DNA from: Escherichia phage fp01 | Sequence record: NC_048731.1 | DNA length: 64,000 nt | Direction: 5' to 3' (one strand) | Part shown: positions 14,536 to 22,993 of the stretch, one piece after another | How the letters are laid out: each line of letters starts with the position of its first letter | How positions within the stretch are numbered: position 1 is the stretch's first letter | Position numbers and translations under genes: made by a program | The notes under the pieces: model-generated | Seen by the model: the letters and a program-made list of their open reading frames with translations, nothing else | The model's database searches: none | What the model was told of the DNA's origin: nothing

Positions 14536-15483
14536 TTACTTGTTACGCATATCCATAATCATTTGACCATCATAGCCAGTGCCAACTACAGTCTGAGGTA
14601 CACCACCTTGATATTTCTGAGCACGAATCATCTCAACTTCCAGTTGTTTCCAACGAATCATCTCAGGAGTAATGGTACGTTGCAGTGCGGCGTTAGCTTC
14701 AGCTTCTTTCTTAGCTGCGTACAGTTTAGCATCTGCGTCACGTTCATTAGCGATAGCTTGGTTGTTGCGAGCTTCACGATCAGCTTCTGCTTGTTTAACT
14801 TTCTGCTGAGCTTCTTGTTCAACACGAGCAAGCTCAGCTTTCGCAGCATTAACTTGCTCTTCACGAACTTTGGTATTCTGTACCTGTTCCATGATTACCG
14901 GTGGCAAAGTAATATCCTGAAGGAACACCTGCTTAACTGTGTAACCATATGGGCGCGCATACTCTTCAACTTCCTGTTGAATTGCGGTTTGCAATTGAGC
15001 CTGAATTTTAGCATCAAATAAATCTTGTGCTTTAGGTACAGACTTACCAAACTCACGAATAGTAGACAGTAATTTTTCAGTTACATATTTGTCTAATGCT
15101 TGATCCTGAGTACCTGCATTAATACGGTTAATCGGTGCCTTAGAACCATCAAACTGCAACATAACAGTCAGGTCAACAGTGGATTTAAACTTATCCTGAC
15201 TAGGGACCTGAAGTTTATCTAATTTTAGAGCAATATCTTTAGTACTAAAAGTATCGAAAGAAGCAAAAGGATTTACAATATGAAAGCCGGGTAATACTGG
15301 GCTAGGGTCAACTTTACCCAGGAAAGTCTGGGTTTTAACAGTACCGTCTTGAACAACAGTGTAAGAGTTAAGAGCCAGAACTAAACCTACCAAACCAACT
15401 GCAGCCCCAATACCCCAACGTTTGATATTACGCATTAATTTTTGCTCATAAGTCAGTTCTTTAGTGTTTTTAGTAGCAAACAT
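14536..15483 (-). CDS. SPFH/band-7 (stomatin/prohibitin/HflK-C-like) membrane protein
   Basis: 315 aa; N-terminal TM helix (WGIGAAVGLVGLVLAL), SPFH-like core and C-terminal Ala/Glu/Gln-rich coiled coil (VREEQVNAAKAELARVEQEAQQKVKQAEADREARNNQAIANERDADAKLYAAKKEAEANAALQR). Confidence 0.8.
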   Translation of the reverse strand: MFATKNTKELTYEQKLMRNIKRWGIGAAVGLVGLVLALNSYTVVQDGTVKTQTFLGKVDPSPVLPGFHIVNPFASFDTFSTKDIALKLDKLQVPSQDKFKSTVDLTVMLQFDGSKAPINRINAGTQDQALDKYVTEKLLSTIREFGKSVPKAQDLFDAKIQAQLQTAIQQEVEEYARPYGYTVKQVFLQDITLPPVIMEQVQNTKVREEQVNAAKAELARVEQEAQQKVKQAEADREARNNQAIANERDADAKLYAAKKEAEANAALQRTITPEMIRWKQLEVEMIRAQKYQGGVPQTVVGTGYDGQMIMDMRNK

Positions 15484-15517
15484 ATATTTCCTTTGTTTTA
15501 GTTACAGTTAATAAAAT

Positions 15518-15592
15518 TGGCCGAGGTGACAGGATTCGAACCTGCATAAAGGAATTTAGAAGACTCCTGCCTCTCCCTTAGACTACACCCCG
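15518..15592 (-). tRNA. tRNA-Arg (anticodon TCT)
   Basis: acceptor CGGGGTG/CACCTCG, anticodon stem GGAGT/ATTCC with loop CTTCTAA, T-arm GCAGG-TTCGAAT-CCTGT, CCA encoded. Confidence 0.65.
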
Positions 15593-16094
15593 TTTAAGTA
15601 TTTTTAAGAACTCTCGTAAAAACTCTTAAAAATACAGACGATACCGGGAGAGTCATAAGTCTCACTCATTAAGTATTTCAAGACAAAATACGGTAACGTC
15701 TATTATTTTCCAGTTTAAGTCAGGGTGACTTAGTGGTTATGTCCTGCGGTATATTGAGGACTCGGTTAGGCTTGGGGTCATGACTTCCCGCCTTTTGCTG
15801 CTACTCAACAGGAATTATCGCGAATTACCTGTGCTATTGTGCACCATTAGTGACATCTCTCATGTCAGCATTTCCCACTTTGTGGATAGCTTGAAAAACT
15901 ACTCCGATATGGAGAAAGAACTTCACTATCCTAGAATACCTTCTAAAGTTCTTCTTTAGTCTGGACATAGTTAAATCGTAATAAAACTATTCAGCAGACT
16001 GGTTGGTTAGTCTGGAACCAACTACCGCGTGGTTTAGGCAGTGCGCAACTAACCTCGGAAGCTTTTACATTAAAAGCACCAGTTATCCAGTTCT

Positions 16095-16175
16095 TACCGA
16101 CCGTAGGATTCGAACCTACATCTTCCACCAGTTACGGCTTGATAATACCAATTATACTAGGACGGCAGTGTTACT
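16095..16175 (-). ncRNA. degenerate tRNA-like element (pseudo-tRNA)
   Basis: T-arm GTAGG-TTCGAAT-CCTAC and acceptor GCCGTCC/GGTCGGT are present, but the D-arm is aberrant and no anticodon stem can be drawn. Confidence 0.35.
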
Positions 16176-16389
16176 ACATAAGTGATTTCCACACCCCACT
16201 ATTTATAAATTAGAGAAGAGTTTAGGGGAGAGGTTTCAGACGCCTCATTTTACACGTTCTAGCCACTAACCGGGATTGCCGCCCCCTGTGTACTAGTTTT
16301 ACAACTAACCCACCGACTCTATTCAATGCGCTCCGGTTGGGATTCTGCACTCAGCGTAATCGGCTCGCTGTTCCCTAATTTATGAATAT

Positions 16390-16418
16390 AGTATACAGAA
16401 TTTAAAGGCATTTAGCAA
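16390..16418 (-). promoter_or_regulatory. T5-type promoter (minus strand, -10 TATACT) firing into the ORF-free region 15593-16389
   Basis: plus agtata 16390-16395, tagcaa 16413-16418, 17-bp spacer. Confidence 0.45.
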
Positions 16419-16426
16419 ATAAATTT

Positions 16427-16870
16427 TTAATTAAATTCGCCAGCAATCTGAGCAGCAGTACCACCATCATAACGCCCAGGAAATTCTTCCTTAATCGCTT
16501 TCATCAGCATACCTTTTGTAATTCCAGGGTTTAGCTTAACTAATTCTGCAAAGTATTTACGAATCTCAGTATCAGATAACTGAGGGGGCAGATACTCCTG
16601 CAACCACTTATTTAGAATGTATTCATACTGAGCAGACTGCAAGCTATAACTATCAAGATCTTGACCATGAAGTTTAGCTTTCATCTGGTTAATGCTTTTT
16701 AGTTGAGCTTTGAGATAAGACACAAACTGTTCAGAAGTGATGAAATCTTTATCAATACGCTGAAGATCCCCGATTATGGTCTGATAGCTTTTAGCGATTT
16801 CTTTATCAGAACCATTAAACTTAGAATCCTGCAAAGCTCTGCGCAAAACATCTAAAATATTTTCTTCCAT
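16427..16870 (-). CDS. GatB/YqeY-domain protein
   Basis: 147 aa; C-terminal ...GMLMKAIKEEFPGRYDGGTAAQIAGEFN resembles YqeY/GatB C-domains. Confidence 0.65.
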   Translation of the reverse strand: MEENILDVLRRALQDSKFNGSDKEIAKSYQTIIGDLQRIDKDFITSEQFVSYLKAQLKSINQMKAKLHGQDLDSYSLQSAQYEYILNKWLQEYLPPQLSDTEIRKYFAELVKLNPGITKGMLMKAIKEEFPGRYDGGTAAQIAGEFN

Positions 16871-17040
16871 TATTTCATTCCTAACGCCTGGTTAAAAGAT
16901 TGTTCTGTCATAACTGCTGAGACTTTGGCGAAATCAAACTTTTTAGGGTTTGTAGTGATTTCAGCAACGTTAGAAGTTTTAACAGTTTTCGTAGTACGAA
17001 TACCGCGGGTGTTAACACCAATAATTACAACTGATTTCAT
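16870..17040 (-). CDS. hypothetical small protein (56 aa)
   Basis: manual translation MKSVVIIGVNTRGIRTTKTVKTSNVAEITTNPKKFDFAKVSAVMTEQSFNQALGMK; stop overlaps the downstream ATG (TAATGG). Confidence 0.35.
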   Translation of the reverse strand: MKSVVIIGVNTRGIRTTKTVKTSNVAEITTNPKKFDFAKVSAVMTEQSFNQALGMK

Positions 17041-17071
17041 ATTTTGCTTCCTCTCATTAATTTATGGAAGT

Positions 17072-17100
17072 ATTATACGGAAATTTAAGTATTTAAGCAA
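17072..17100 (-). promoter_or_regulatory. T5-type early promoter (minus strand)
   Basis: plus attata 17072-17077, aagcaa 17095-17100, 17-bp spacer. Confidence 0.5.
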
Positions 17101-17108
17101 GTAAATTT

Positions 17109-17576
17109 TTAAGTTTTAGTGACAACAGGTTTATAGAATGTATGTCCCTTAATCTTAGTTGTTTTCTTAAATTTCTTTGTCCAGTAAGGTTTATCTTTAC
17201 CACTATGGAAGTATAGTGCTCCATATGTAGGATCTTGTGGTAAATCAACGTAGTATATCACTCTAGCTAAATTCTTAGCGGTTTGCCAAGCCTCATCAGT
17301 TTTATCAACTTTTGGTCTCTTAGATACCCAAGAGAACTGGTTAGACTGATATACTACTTTACAGTAGGAATCTGGGAATTTACCGGAGTTTACACGGTTT
17401 TTAGTAACATGTGCAATCGCCGTCATTCCCTTTATGCCCTCACCACGACTCTCGAAATAGATATTTTTAGCAATGCAATCTATTTCTTTTGCATCATGCG
17501 ATGCCTGACTACTAAAGCTGAAGGTAAGGGCAGCTACTAAAAGCAAAGCTGCCTTCATTCTTTTTACTCCTGCCAA
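17109..17576 (-). CDS. cell-wall hydrolase, SleB-like (Hydrolase_2 family), with signal peptide
   Basis: 155 aa; N-terminal signal peptide MKAALLLVAALTFSFSSQA; CIAKNIYFESRGEG...AIAHVTKNRV...YCKVVYQSNQFSW conserved blocks. Confidence 0.7.
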   Translation of the reverse strand: MAGVKRMKAALLLVAALTFSFSSQASHDAKEIDCIAKNIYFESRGEGIKGMTAIAHVTKNRVNSGKFPDSYCKVVYQSNQFSWVSKRPKVDKTDEAWQTAKNLARVIYYVDLPQDPTYGALYFHSGKDKPYWTKKFKKTTKIKGHTFYKPVVTKT

Positions 17577-17881
17577 TCATATTCAACACGATTGGGATTT
17601 TCTTTATACCCTAAGTCAAGCAAATCATTACGCATATTTTGCTTAGCTACTGGGTTCGAGGTTACTAGTACCACTTTCTTTGGTCTCTGCCCAAATTCTA
17701 AGAGTAAACGAAGAATTTGATAACCTTCCATACCATCTACAGCCAAGTCATTATCCATATAAACGAAATGGCCTGTGGTATCAGTTTTATTCAGAAACTC
17801 TACAGCGGCTTCTGGGGTTCGAATGATAATGTCCATTCCGTGAAGATTACGCACATCATCAATCAAAATATGAAAAGTCAT
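17564..17881 (-). CDS. hypothetical protein (receiver-like fold possible)
   Basis: ORF track 105 aa. Confidence 0.5.
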   Translation of the reverse strand: MTFHILIDDVRNLHGMDIIIRTPEAAVEFLNKTDTTGHFVYMDNDLAVDGMEGYQILRLLLEFGQRPKKVVLVTSNPVAKQNMRNDLLDLGYKENPNRVEYDWQE

Positions 17882-17911
17882 AATAGCCTCGTTTCATCAA
17901 TTTAAAAATAT

Positions 17912-17940
17912 ATTATACATATAATTTAGTAGATTAGCAA
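17912..17940 (-). promoter_or_regulatory. T5-type early promoter (minus strand)
   Basis: plus attata 17912-17917, tagcaa 17935-17940, 17-bp spacer. Confidence 0.5.
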
Positions 17941-18323
17941 ATACATTTTTAAATTGTGAAACTAGTAAACCGATAAACAGCCTAGAGGCGCCACAGGCCA
18001 TATCTTATGAGCCATGTACCTTTGATCTAGGGTTTGAATCATCAACGAATACTTTGCATCTTTTAGCTTTAGAAGTTTAGAAGTTTGAGTTCTTTAAACT
18101 TTTCAGCTTTCATACTTAAATGTTGATCTTTGAAGTTGTGTCGGTAATATCAACGACGCTTTGTTCTTACGTGTCAGCTTAAAAGGCTGGTGTAATAAAC
18201 ATAATCTCCAATAGATTATACTTTATAGTATGGTCAGCGGTCTTATTTAACCTCGTATTTCAACCGCTACTGCGAGGTAAGATGCTTGGGCTTTCGTCTA
18301 CCGATTTACTAGCTTTTAAATTA

Positions 18324-18962
18324 TTACTCTACTTCAATGAAGGTAGAGGCGTTAGACTCGGACAGAACAAAGTCAACATTTGTTGCAAAGTCCTGGTATT
18401 CCTCGTCATGCTGCTTAATCAGCTTCTCCAGTTCCAGCGGATCAATCAAGAATGGAGTATTCTTGAGTTCCAGCAGGTTGAGCTGCATTTTAACTTCATC
18501 TTCGGAAGTTTTCTTATCGCGGGTAGCCATGCTATCCTGCAAACGCTCATATTTAGCATCAAACTGTGCTTTCTGCGTATTAAACTTAACCGTAGCGGCA
18601 TGGAACTGCTTACGCATATTAGCCAGCAGTTGGGCTTTAAGTTCCATAGAACGCTTAGCTTCAATTGCTTCCGCAACAGTCATTTTACGAGAACCGATCT
18701 CAACTACTGTTTCCGCATTGCTCTTAATCAGAGCAGCTTTGATACGATCACGCTGGGACATCATATCCAGGAGAGATTGGAAATCTGCCTTAATACGAGC
18801 AGACAGATCGTCTACTTCGATTGCAGCGCCAACTACAACCTTATTTTTATCTTTACCTTCACCAACAGCGATCAGGAGTTGTTGTTCAGTAGCTTTACGG
18901 ATTTTAGCTTCCAGAGATTTGATAGTTGCCAGAGCGCGAGTTTTAGAGATACGAGTAGTCAT
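18324..18962 (-). CDS. hypothetical coiled-coil protein
   Basis: ORF track 212 aa; chosen over overlapping plus-strand ORFs because it fits the minus-strand gene string. Confidence 0.55.
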   Translation of the reverse strand: MTTRISKTRALATIKSLEAKIRKATEQQLLIAVGEGKDKNKVVVGAAIEVDDLSARIKADFQSLLDMMSQRDRIKAALIKSNAETVVEIGSRKMTVAEAIEAKRSMELKAQLLANMRKQFHAATVKFNTQKAQFDAKYERLQDSMATRDKKTSEDEVKMQLNLLELKNTPFLIDPLELEKLIKQHDEEYQDFATNVDFVLSESNASTFIEVE

Positions 18963-19015
18963 TATTTGCTTCCTTATATGAAGTTTGAGATTTGAATTTA
19001 TTTAAATTTGGTCTA

Positions 19016-19198
19016 TTACAGACCAATTGCCAGCAGAGTGCGCAGAACAGTATCATTACTGTTATCAATTTTAGGATTAGCACGATTTAGCAGATCAAAG
19101 ATTTTCTGGATACCTGATTGACGTTCAGCCATACGACGGATACCCAGATTACGAGTAGCTTTCTTACCATTTTTACGAACATTTTTAGATACTGGCAT
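19016..19198 (-). CDS. hypothetical small basic protein
   Basis: ORF track 60 aa. Confidence 0.4.
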   Translation of the reverse strand: MPVSKNVRKNGKKATRNLGIRRMAERQSGIQKIFDLLNRANPKIDNSNDTVLRTLLAIGL

Positions 19199-19238
19199 AT
19201 TTGTTTTCCTTTTATTGTTTTCTCAAATTTATGAATAT

Positions 19239-19267
19239 ATTATACAGAATTTTGGAGCCGGAAGCAA
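19239..19267 (-). promoter_or_regulatory. T5-type early promoter (minus strand)
   Basis: plus attata 19239-19244, aagcaa 19262-19267, 17-bp spacer. Confidence 0.5.
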
Positions 19268-19268
19268 A

Positions 19269-19970
19269 TCAAATTTTCATTTTTTCGATCATAGCTGCAA
19301 CACAATAGCTCTCAACTAAGGCATCAAATGCTGGGTCGTGCTTAACCGGGTAGATCCCATAACGAATAGTGTCCATCTTCTCCATTTTAGCTATTGCCCA
19401 GCTAATACCTTCGGTCTCTAGAGCCTTATAACTGTATCCAGCTTGCATCCAGAGATTACGAAGAGATCGAACATTACCCAAATTCCAGAATTTCCACGGA
19501 ACTACCTCTTCATTGGTTCCAGCATGGAATGTGTTTGCAGAGTAGATAGTCATATCAAACTCTGGGCCATTACCATAATACAAAGCATTTTCGCCTAGAG
19601 CCAACTCCATAATATTTTGAGCCATAGAGTAGGCAGCATAGTTTGAGCCTAATTTATTAGTGCAATGATGTTTACCATTTTGGAAGGCAATCAGTTTTGG
19701 ATTACGTTCCTTCATAGCTTCCATAATGTGAATAGCAGATGGGCTATGTTTAGCTTGATCCATCCAGAATGCTAGAGTAGATGCTGTAACTTTGGCACCA
19801 GAATTAAGCTGATCCTGCACATCCAAAGTAACAAATACTAGATCAGGGTCTTTATCAATTCCATGCATAGCCACAAAAGCGAATGAAGGCATTGCGATAT
19901 GAGTAGTACCACAATCTCCTGGAGTTCCCAGAGATTCGATATCTAGCATACCAAATGGTTTTACTTTCAT
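19269..19970 (-). CDS. DEDDh-type 3'-5' exonuclease (DnaQ/RNase T-like)
   Basis: 233 aa; MLDIESLGT (Exo I D-x-E) near N-terminus and HDPAFDA (Exo III) near C-terminus. Confidence 0.6.
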   Translation of the reverse strand: MKVKPFGMLDIESLGTPGDCGTTHIAMPSFAFVAMHGIDKDPDLVFVTLDVQDQLNSGAKVTASTLAFWMDQAKHSPSAIHIMEAMKERNPKLIAFQNGKHHCTNKLGSNYAAYSMAQNIMELALGENALYYGNGPEFDMTIYSANTFHAGTNEEVVPWKFWNLGNVRSLRNLWMQAGYSYKALETEGISWAIAKMEKMDTIRYGIYPVKHDPAFDALVESYCVAAMIEKMKI

Positions 19971-19998
19971 AACTTATCCTTTATTGTGTAGAAAACTA

Positions 19999-20220
19999 TT
20001 AAAGAGCTGTCTCTTTAATAGACTCCCACTTCTTGGGGTCTTTAAAACCAGGAAGCATATCCTCACTGACATCCCAGTTCTCTTCCATATAGAGGTCATC
20101 TAAGTCTAACTCATCCACTGCTAGATCCATTACCTCATGACTAGAAAGTCGTGTATAATCCCTAGCGGACTTATGAGTGCTAGCACGGTTAAAATCGTTC
20201 TTTGCTACAAAATTATGCAT
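19999..20220 (-). CDS. hypothetical protein
   Basis: ORF track 73 aa. Confidence 0.4.
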   Translation of the reverse strand: MHNFVAKNDFNRASTHKSARDYTRLSSHEVMDLAVDELDLDDLYMEENWDVSEDMLPGFKDPKKWESIKETAL

Positions 20221-20261
20221 AGTTTCTCCAAATAAGAGGGGCTTTCGCCCCCTGATTTAAA

Positions 20262-20477
20262 TCACTTGCCCAGCAGTTTAAGGATATTTTCCATAATAGT
20301 TTGGGCAGATTTTTCACTCTTGTTGGTTTCAGCCAACTTTAAAGCGAGTTCTTCCTGCTGTTTCTGAATATCAGCTGCGATTTTTTGATCAGCCTCAATA
20401 CGAGCTTGAAGCTCATCAGTGATAGTGGTAAAGGAAGCAACGATTTCAGTAACAGAACGTGGTTTCTTAGAGAACAT
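20262..20477 (-). CDS. hypothetical protein
   Basis: ORF track 71 aa. Confidence 0.4.
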   Translation of the reverse strand: MFSKKPRSVTEIVASFTTITDELQARIEADQKIAADIQKQQEELALKLAETNKSEKSAQTIMENILKLLGK

Positions 20478-20541
20478 AAAAAATATCCTTGATTAGTTAG
20501 AGAATTAGTAGATTGTAGGGGCTTCTGCCCCTATTTATCTA

Positions 20542-21057
20542 TTACTTCGCTTTACGCTTGCGAGCTGGTTTAGCAGATTTACGAGCAGAATCACCCGTGA
20601 ACTTAATGCCTACACCGTAACACAGAGCACGAACATTATCTTTAATATACTCTACGCCAAAGATATTTGGCTTAACAGAACCAAACTGTCCACGAGTATC
20701 ACGCAGTACATCTGCTGTTGGTTTACGCTTCTGGTTAACTGCCTTCTCATAGTCTTTCATAGACATACCATTACGAGGGAACAGTTCAGCCCCAGCGTTG
20801 AAGCTCAGGGAAACTGGGACAGATTTGTGGCCGTAATTTTCTACATACATAACCATTTTGTAGGATTTACGGGTGGCATTTTTAGCTTTAGGCTTCTGAC
20901 GAATCGGAGCCGGACTATTCAGTGCTTGCGCAGCCTGAGCATCGGTAGGATGCTTACGCAGGTGGCGTTCCAGACGAGCTTTGCGATTAGCCTCGGTCTG
21001 TGGGAAAGTTTTAACTGCCGGAGCTGCTTGAGTTTTTGCGTTTTTCTGCTTAGCCAT
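20542..21057 (-). CDS. hypothetical basic (Lys/Arg-rich) protein
   Basis: ORF track 171 aa; basic termini. Confidence 0.5.
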   Translation of the reverse strand: MAKQKNAKTQAAPAVKTFPQTEANRKARLERHLRKHPTDAQAAQALNSPAPIRQKPKAKNATRKSYKMVMYVENYGHKSVPVSLSFNAGAELFPRNGMSMKDYEKAVNQKRKPTADVLRDTRGQFGSVKPNIFGVEYIKDNVRALCYGVGIKFTGDSARKSAKPARKRKAK

Positions 21058-21095
21058 TATTTATTTTCCTTTTTGTTTATCAATTTATGAAGTAT

Positions 21096-21124
21096 ATTAT
21101 ACGAGAATTTGAAGCGTTTAGCAA
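21096..21124 (-). promoter_or_regulatory. T5-type early promoter (minus strand)
   Basis: plus attata 21096-21101, tagcaa 21119-21124, 17-bp spacer. Confidence 0.5.
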
Positions 21125-21140
21125 ATGAATTTTTTAAAAA

Positions 21141-21419
21141 TTATCTACCAACCATCTTAGCTTGTTCGGCATCTGAGACATATTGATACGCTCCTTTATT
21201 ATACGCCGGAGCAGTACACATTTTCTTACGCTCAATCTCTTCTTGAGCTTTTCTTTCGCGTTCAGCTAATTCTTCGTCCAGATAAACTAAACGTTGTTCT
21301 GGAGGAGGTGGAAGACGTGTTTCTGGCTCACCAATATTAGCCTCTCTTATTTGACGAGGTGATTGTGCACGTTTTCTCAATGGTTTAAATCCTAATGAAT
21401 TTGAGTTATAAATCCGCAT
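21141..21419 (-). CDS. hypothetical protein
   Basis: ORF track 92 aa. Confidence 0.45.
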   Translation of the reverse strand: MRIYNSNSLGFKPLRKRAQSPRQIREANIGEPETRLPPPPEQRLVYLDEELAERERKAQEEIERKKMCTAPAYNKGAYQYVSDAEQAKMVGR

Positions 21420-21446
21420 AAAGCCCTCCTCACTTTCAATACGAAT

Positions 21447-21475
21447 ATTATACTAAATTAGAGGGCTTTAAGCAA
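21447..21475 (-). promoter_or_regulatory. T5-type early promoter (minus strand)
   Basis: plus attata 21447-21452, aagcaa 21470-21475, 17-bp spacer. Confidence 0.5.
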
Positions 21476-21496
21476 GAAAATTTTTTAATTTATTTA

Positions 21497-21973
21497 TCAC
21501 ATCTCAGCCATTTCAGCTTCAGTAATAACTGTGTTACACAATGCATCTACGGCTTCATTACCACTAATACCAGAATGTCCTTTAACCTTAATAAAGGTGG
21601 GGTTAGTATTATGAAAGTTAATATACTGCTGTGTTAACTTAAATGCTTCTTGCCAAAGTTCTAGATTAAGAGGAACTTCACCATCTGCTTTCTTCCAGCC
21701 TTTCCTTTGCCAAGAAAACATCCAACTTTCCATGCCATTTTTGCAATAAGCAGAGTCAGTATAGATAGCAATTGGTCTATTATCTTTTTTAACAGACCAA
21801 CGTAGAGCTTCTACAATAGCTGTGAGTTCCATCTCATTATTTGTAGTTTTAGGATTATAACCAGATTTAGAACCTAAACGATCGTCGTTATCATCATAGA
21901 CAATAAAACCCCAAGAACCTGGACCTGGGTTAGACTTACAAGCACCATCTGTGTAAATGTGGAAAACGCTCAC
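21497..21973 (-). CDS. rnhA: ribonuclease HI
   Basis: 158 aa; IYTDGACKSNPGPGSWG N-terminal motif, internal NNEMEL (catalytic Glu) and TDS blocks, C-terminal HSGISGNEAVDAL. Confidence 0.85.
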   Translation of the reverse strand: MSVFHIYTDGACKSNPGPGSWGFIVYDDNDDRLGSKSGYNPKTTNNEMELTAIVEALRWSVKKDNRPIAIYTDSAYCKNGMESWMFSWQRKGWKKADGEVPLNLELWQEAFKLTQQYINFHNTNPTFIKVKGHSGISGNEAVDALCNTVITEAEMAEM

Positions 21974-22518
21974 TTATTAAGTTCCTCTACTGGTGGGTAA
22001 TAGTTGGTATAGAAATCTTCTATAACTGCTTCGCTACCATGAAGTGTTTTTCTTAGTTCATTAGCCTTTATGACCGCACTTTCTAGGTCTAAGTAGTCAA
22101 AAACACCCCCGTAAATATTTTTACCATTATTATCAATCACCTGTACTTGCCATTTCTGTAGTTGTTTGTTCCAGTGTACACCTAGATATCCAGATTTACT
22201 CGATGCGGTACAATTTCTATTATTAGACTGGCTTGTAGCTTCTCTTAGATTTATCCACCTATTATCTGACCTAATTCTATTTTTGTGGTCTATTAAATCA
22301 GGTATTGATCCTGTCATGTATAGAAAGGCTAACCTATGTGCTAAATAATCTATTTTATCTATCTTAATAGTTATATAGCCATCTTTTCTTAGGTATCCAG
22401 CGGGCGAACCTGCTTTTCCTCCCCTACCACGACTCACCTTATTAGTAAATATACCAGTATCTGGATCATAGATTAGTATTTCTTTTAATCTTTCTTGGCT
22501 AGGTAACTTTTTACTCAT
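21970..22518 (-). CDS. HNH endonuclease (homing-endonuclease-like)
   Basis: 182 aa; IDHKNRIRSDNRWINLREATSQSNNRN HNH motif. Confidence 0.75.
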   Translation of the reverse strand: MSKKLPSQERLKEILIYDPDTGIFTNKVSRGRGGKAGSPAGYLRKDGYITIKIDKIDYLAHRLAFLYMTGSIPDLIDHKNRIRSDNRWINLREATSQSNNRNCTASSKSGYLGVHWNKQLQKWQVQVIDNNGKNIYGGVFDYLDLESAVIKANELRKTLHGSEAVIEDFYTNYYPPVEELNK

Positions 22519-22894
22519 CTAACCATCCTATGTCTATACTAAGTAATGCTTTTATTCCTGTAATACCTGTACCATAAGTGTTATATCGAATAGCACTTCT
22601 GCTCTTTACTTCAAGTATATTTTCATACTCTGTATTTTCTAGAATTTCTGTAGATATACCTAAATATCCTAATTGATCTTCCTCGTCCCAACCCATATCT
22701 TCTAGAAGATTTAGACGTAACTCTACCTTCTCATCTCCATTTCCTACAGAGTAGTAGTCTTCTAAAGTCCTGAATTTAGAAGTGATAGAGTCTAGTATTA
22801 ATAATACCTGTTCCTTAGTAATAGTTTCTTTATCACCCTGCAAGTAATTGGAGTAATTCAGAAGGGCTTGTTCTAATTCAATTTCTTTACTCAT
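22511..22894 (-). CDS. hypothetical acidic protein
   Basis: ORF track 127 aa. Confidence 0.5.
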   Translation of the reverse strand: MSKEIELEQALLNYSNYLQGDKETITKEQVLLILDSITSKFRTLEDYYSVGNGDEKVELRLNLLEDMGWDEEDQLGYLGISTEILENTEYENILEVKSRSAIRYNTYGTGITGIKALLSIDIGWLDE

Positions 22895-22993
22895 TTTATT
22901 ATCCTTTTGTACTTATTGAGTATATTATATTTGAAATTGTACTCAATAAGCAAGTACAATTTCAAATATAATAGCCCCGAAGGGCTACTTAAG

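Noticed and set aside
18282-18995. Plus-strand ORFs (18282-18995, 18337-18981) and nested minus ORF 18446-18676 overlapping the 212-aa minus-strand gene
   Set aside because: They sit antisense or out of frame to a gene that fits the minus-strand gene string and its promoter context; their products are low-complexity Ser/Leu-rich, typical of antisense artefacts.
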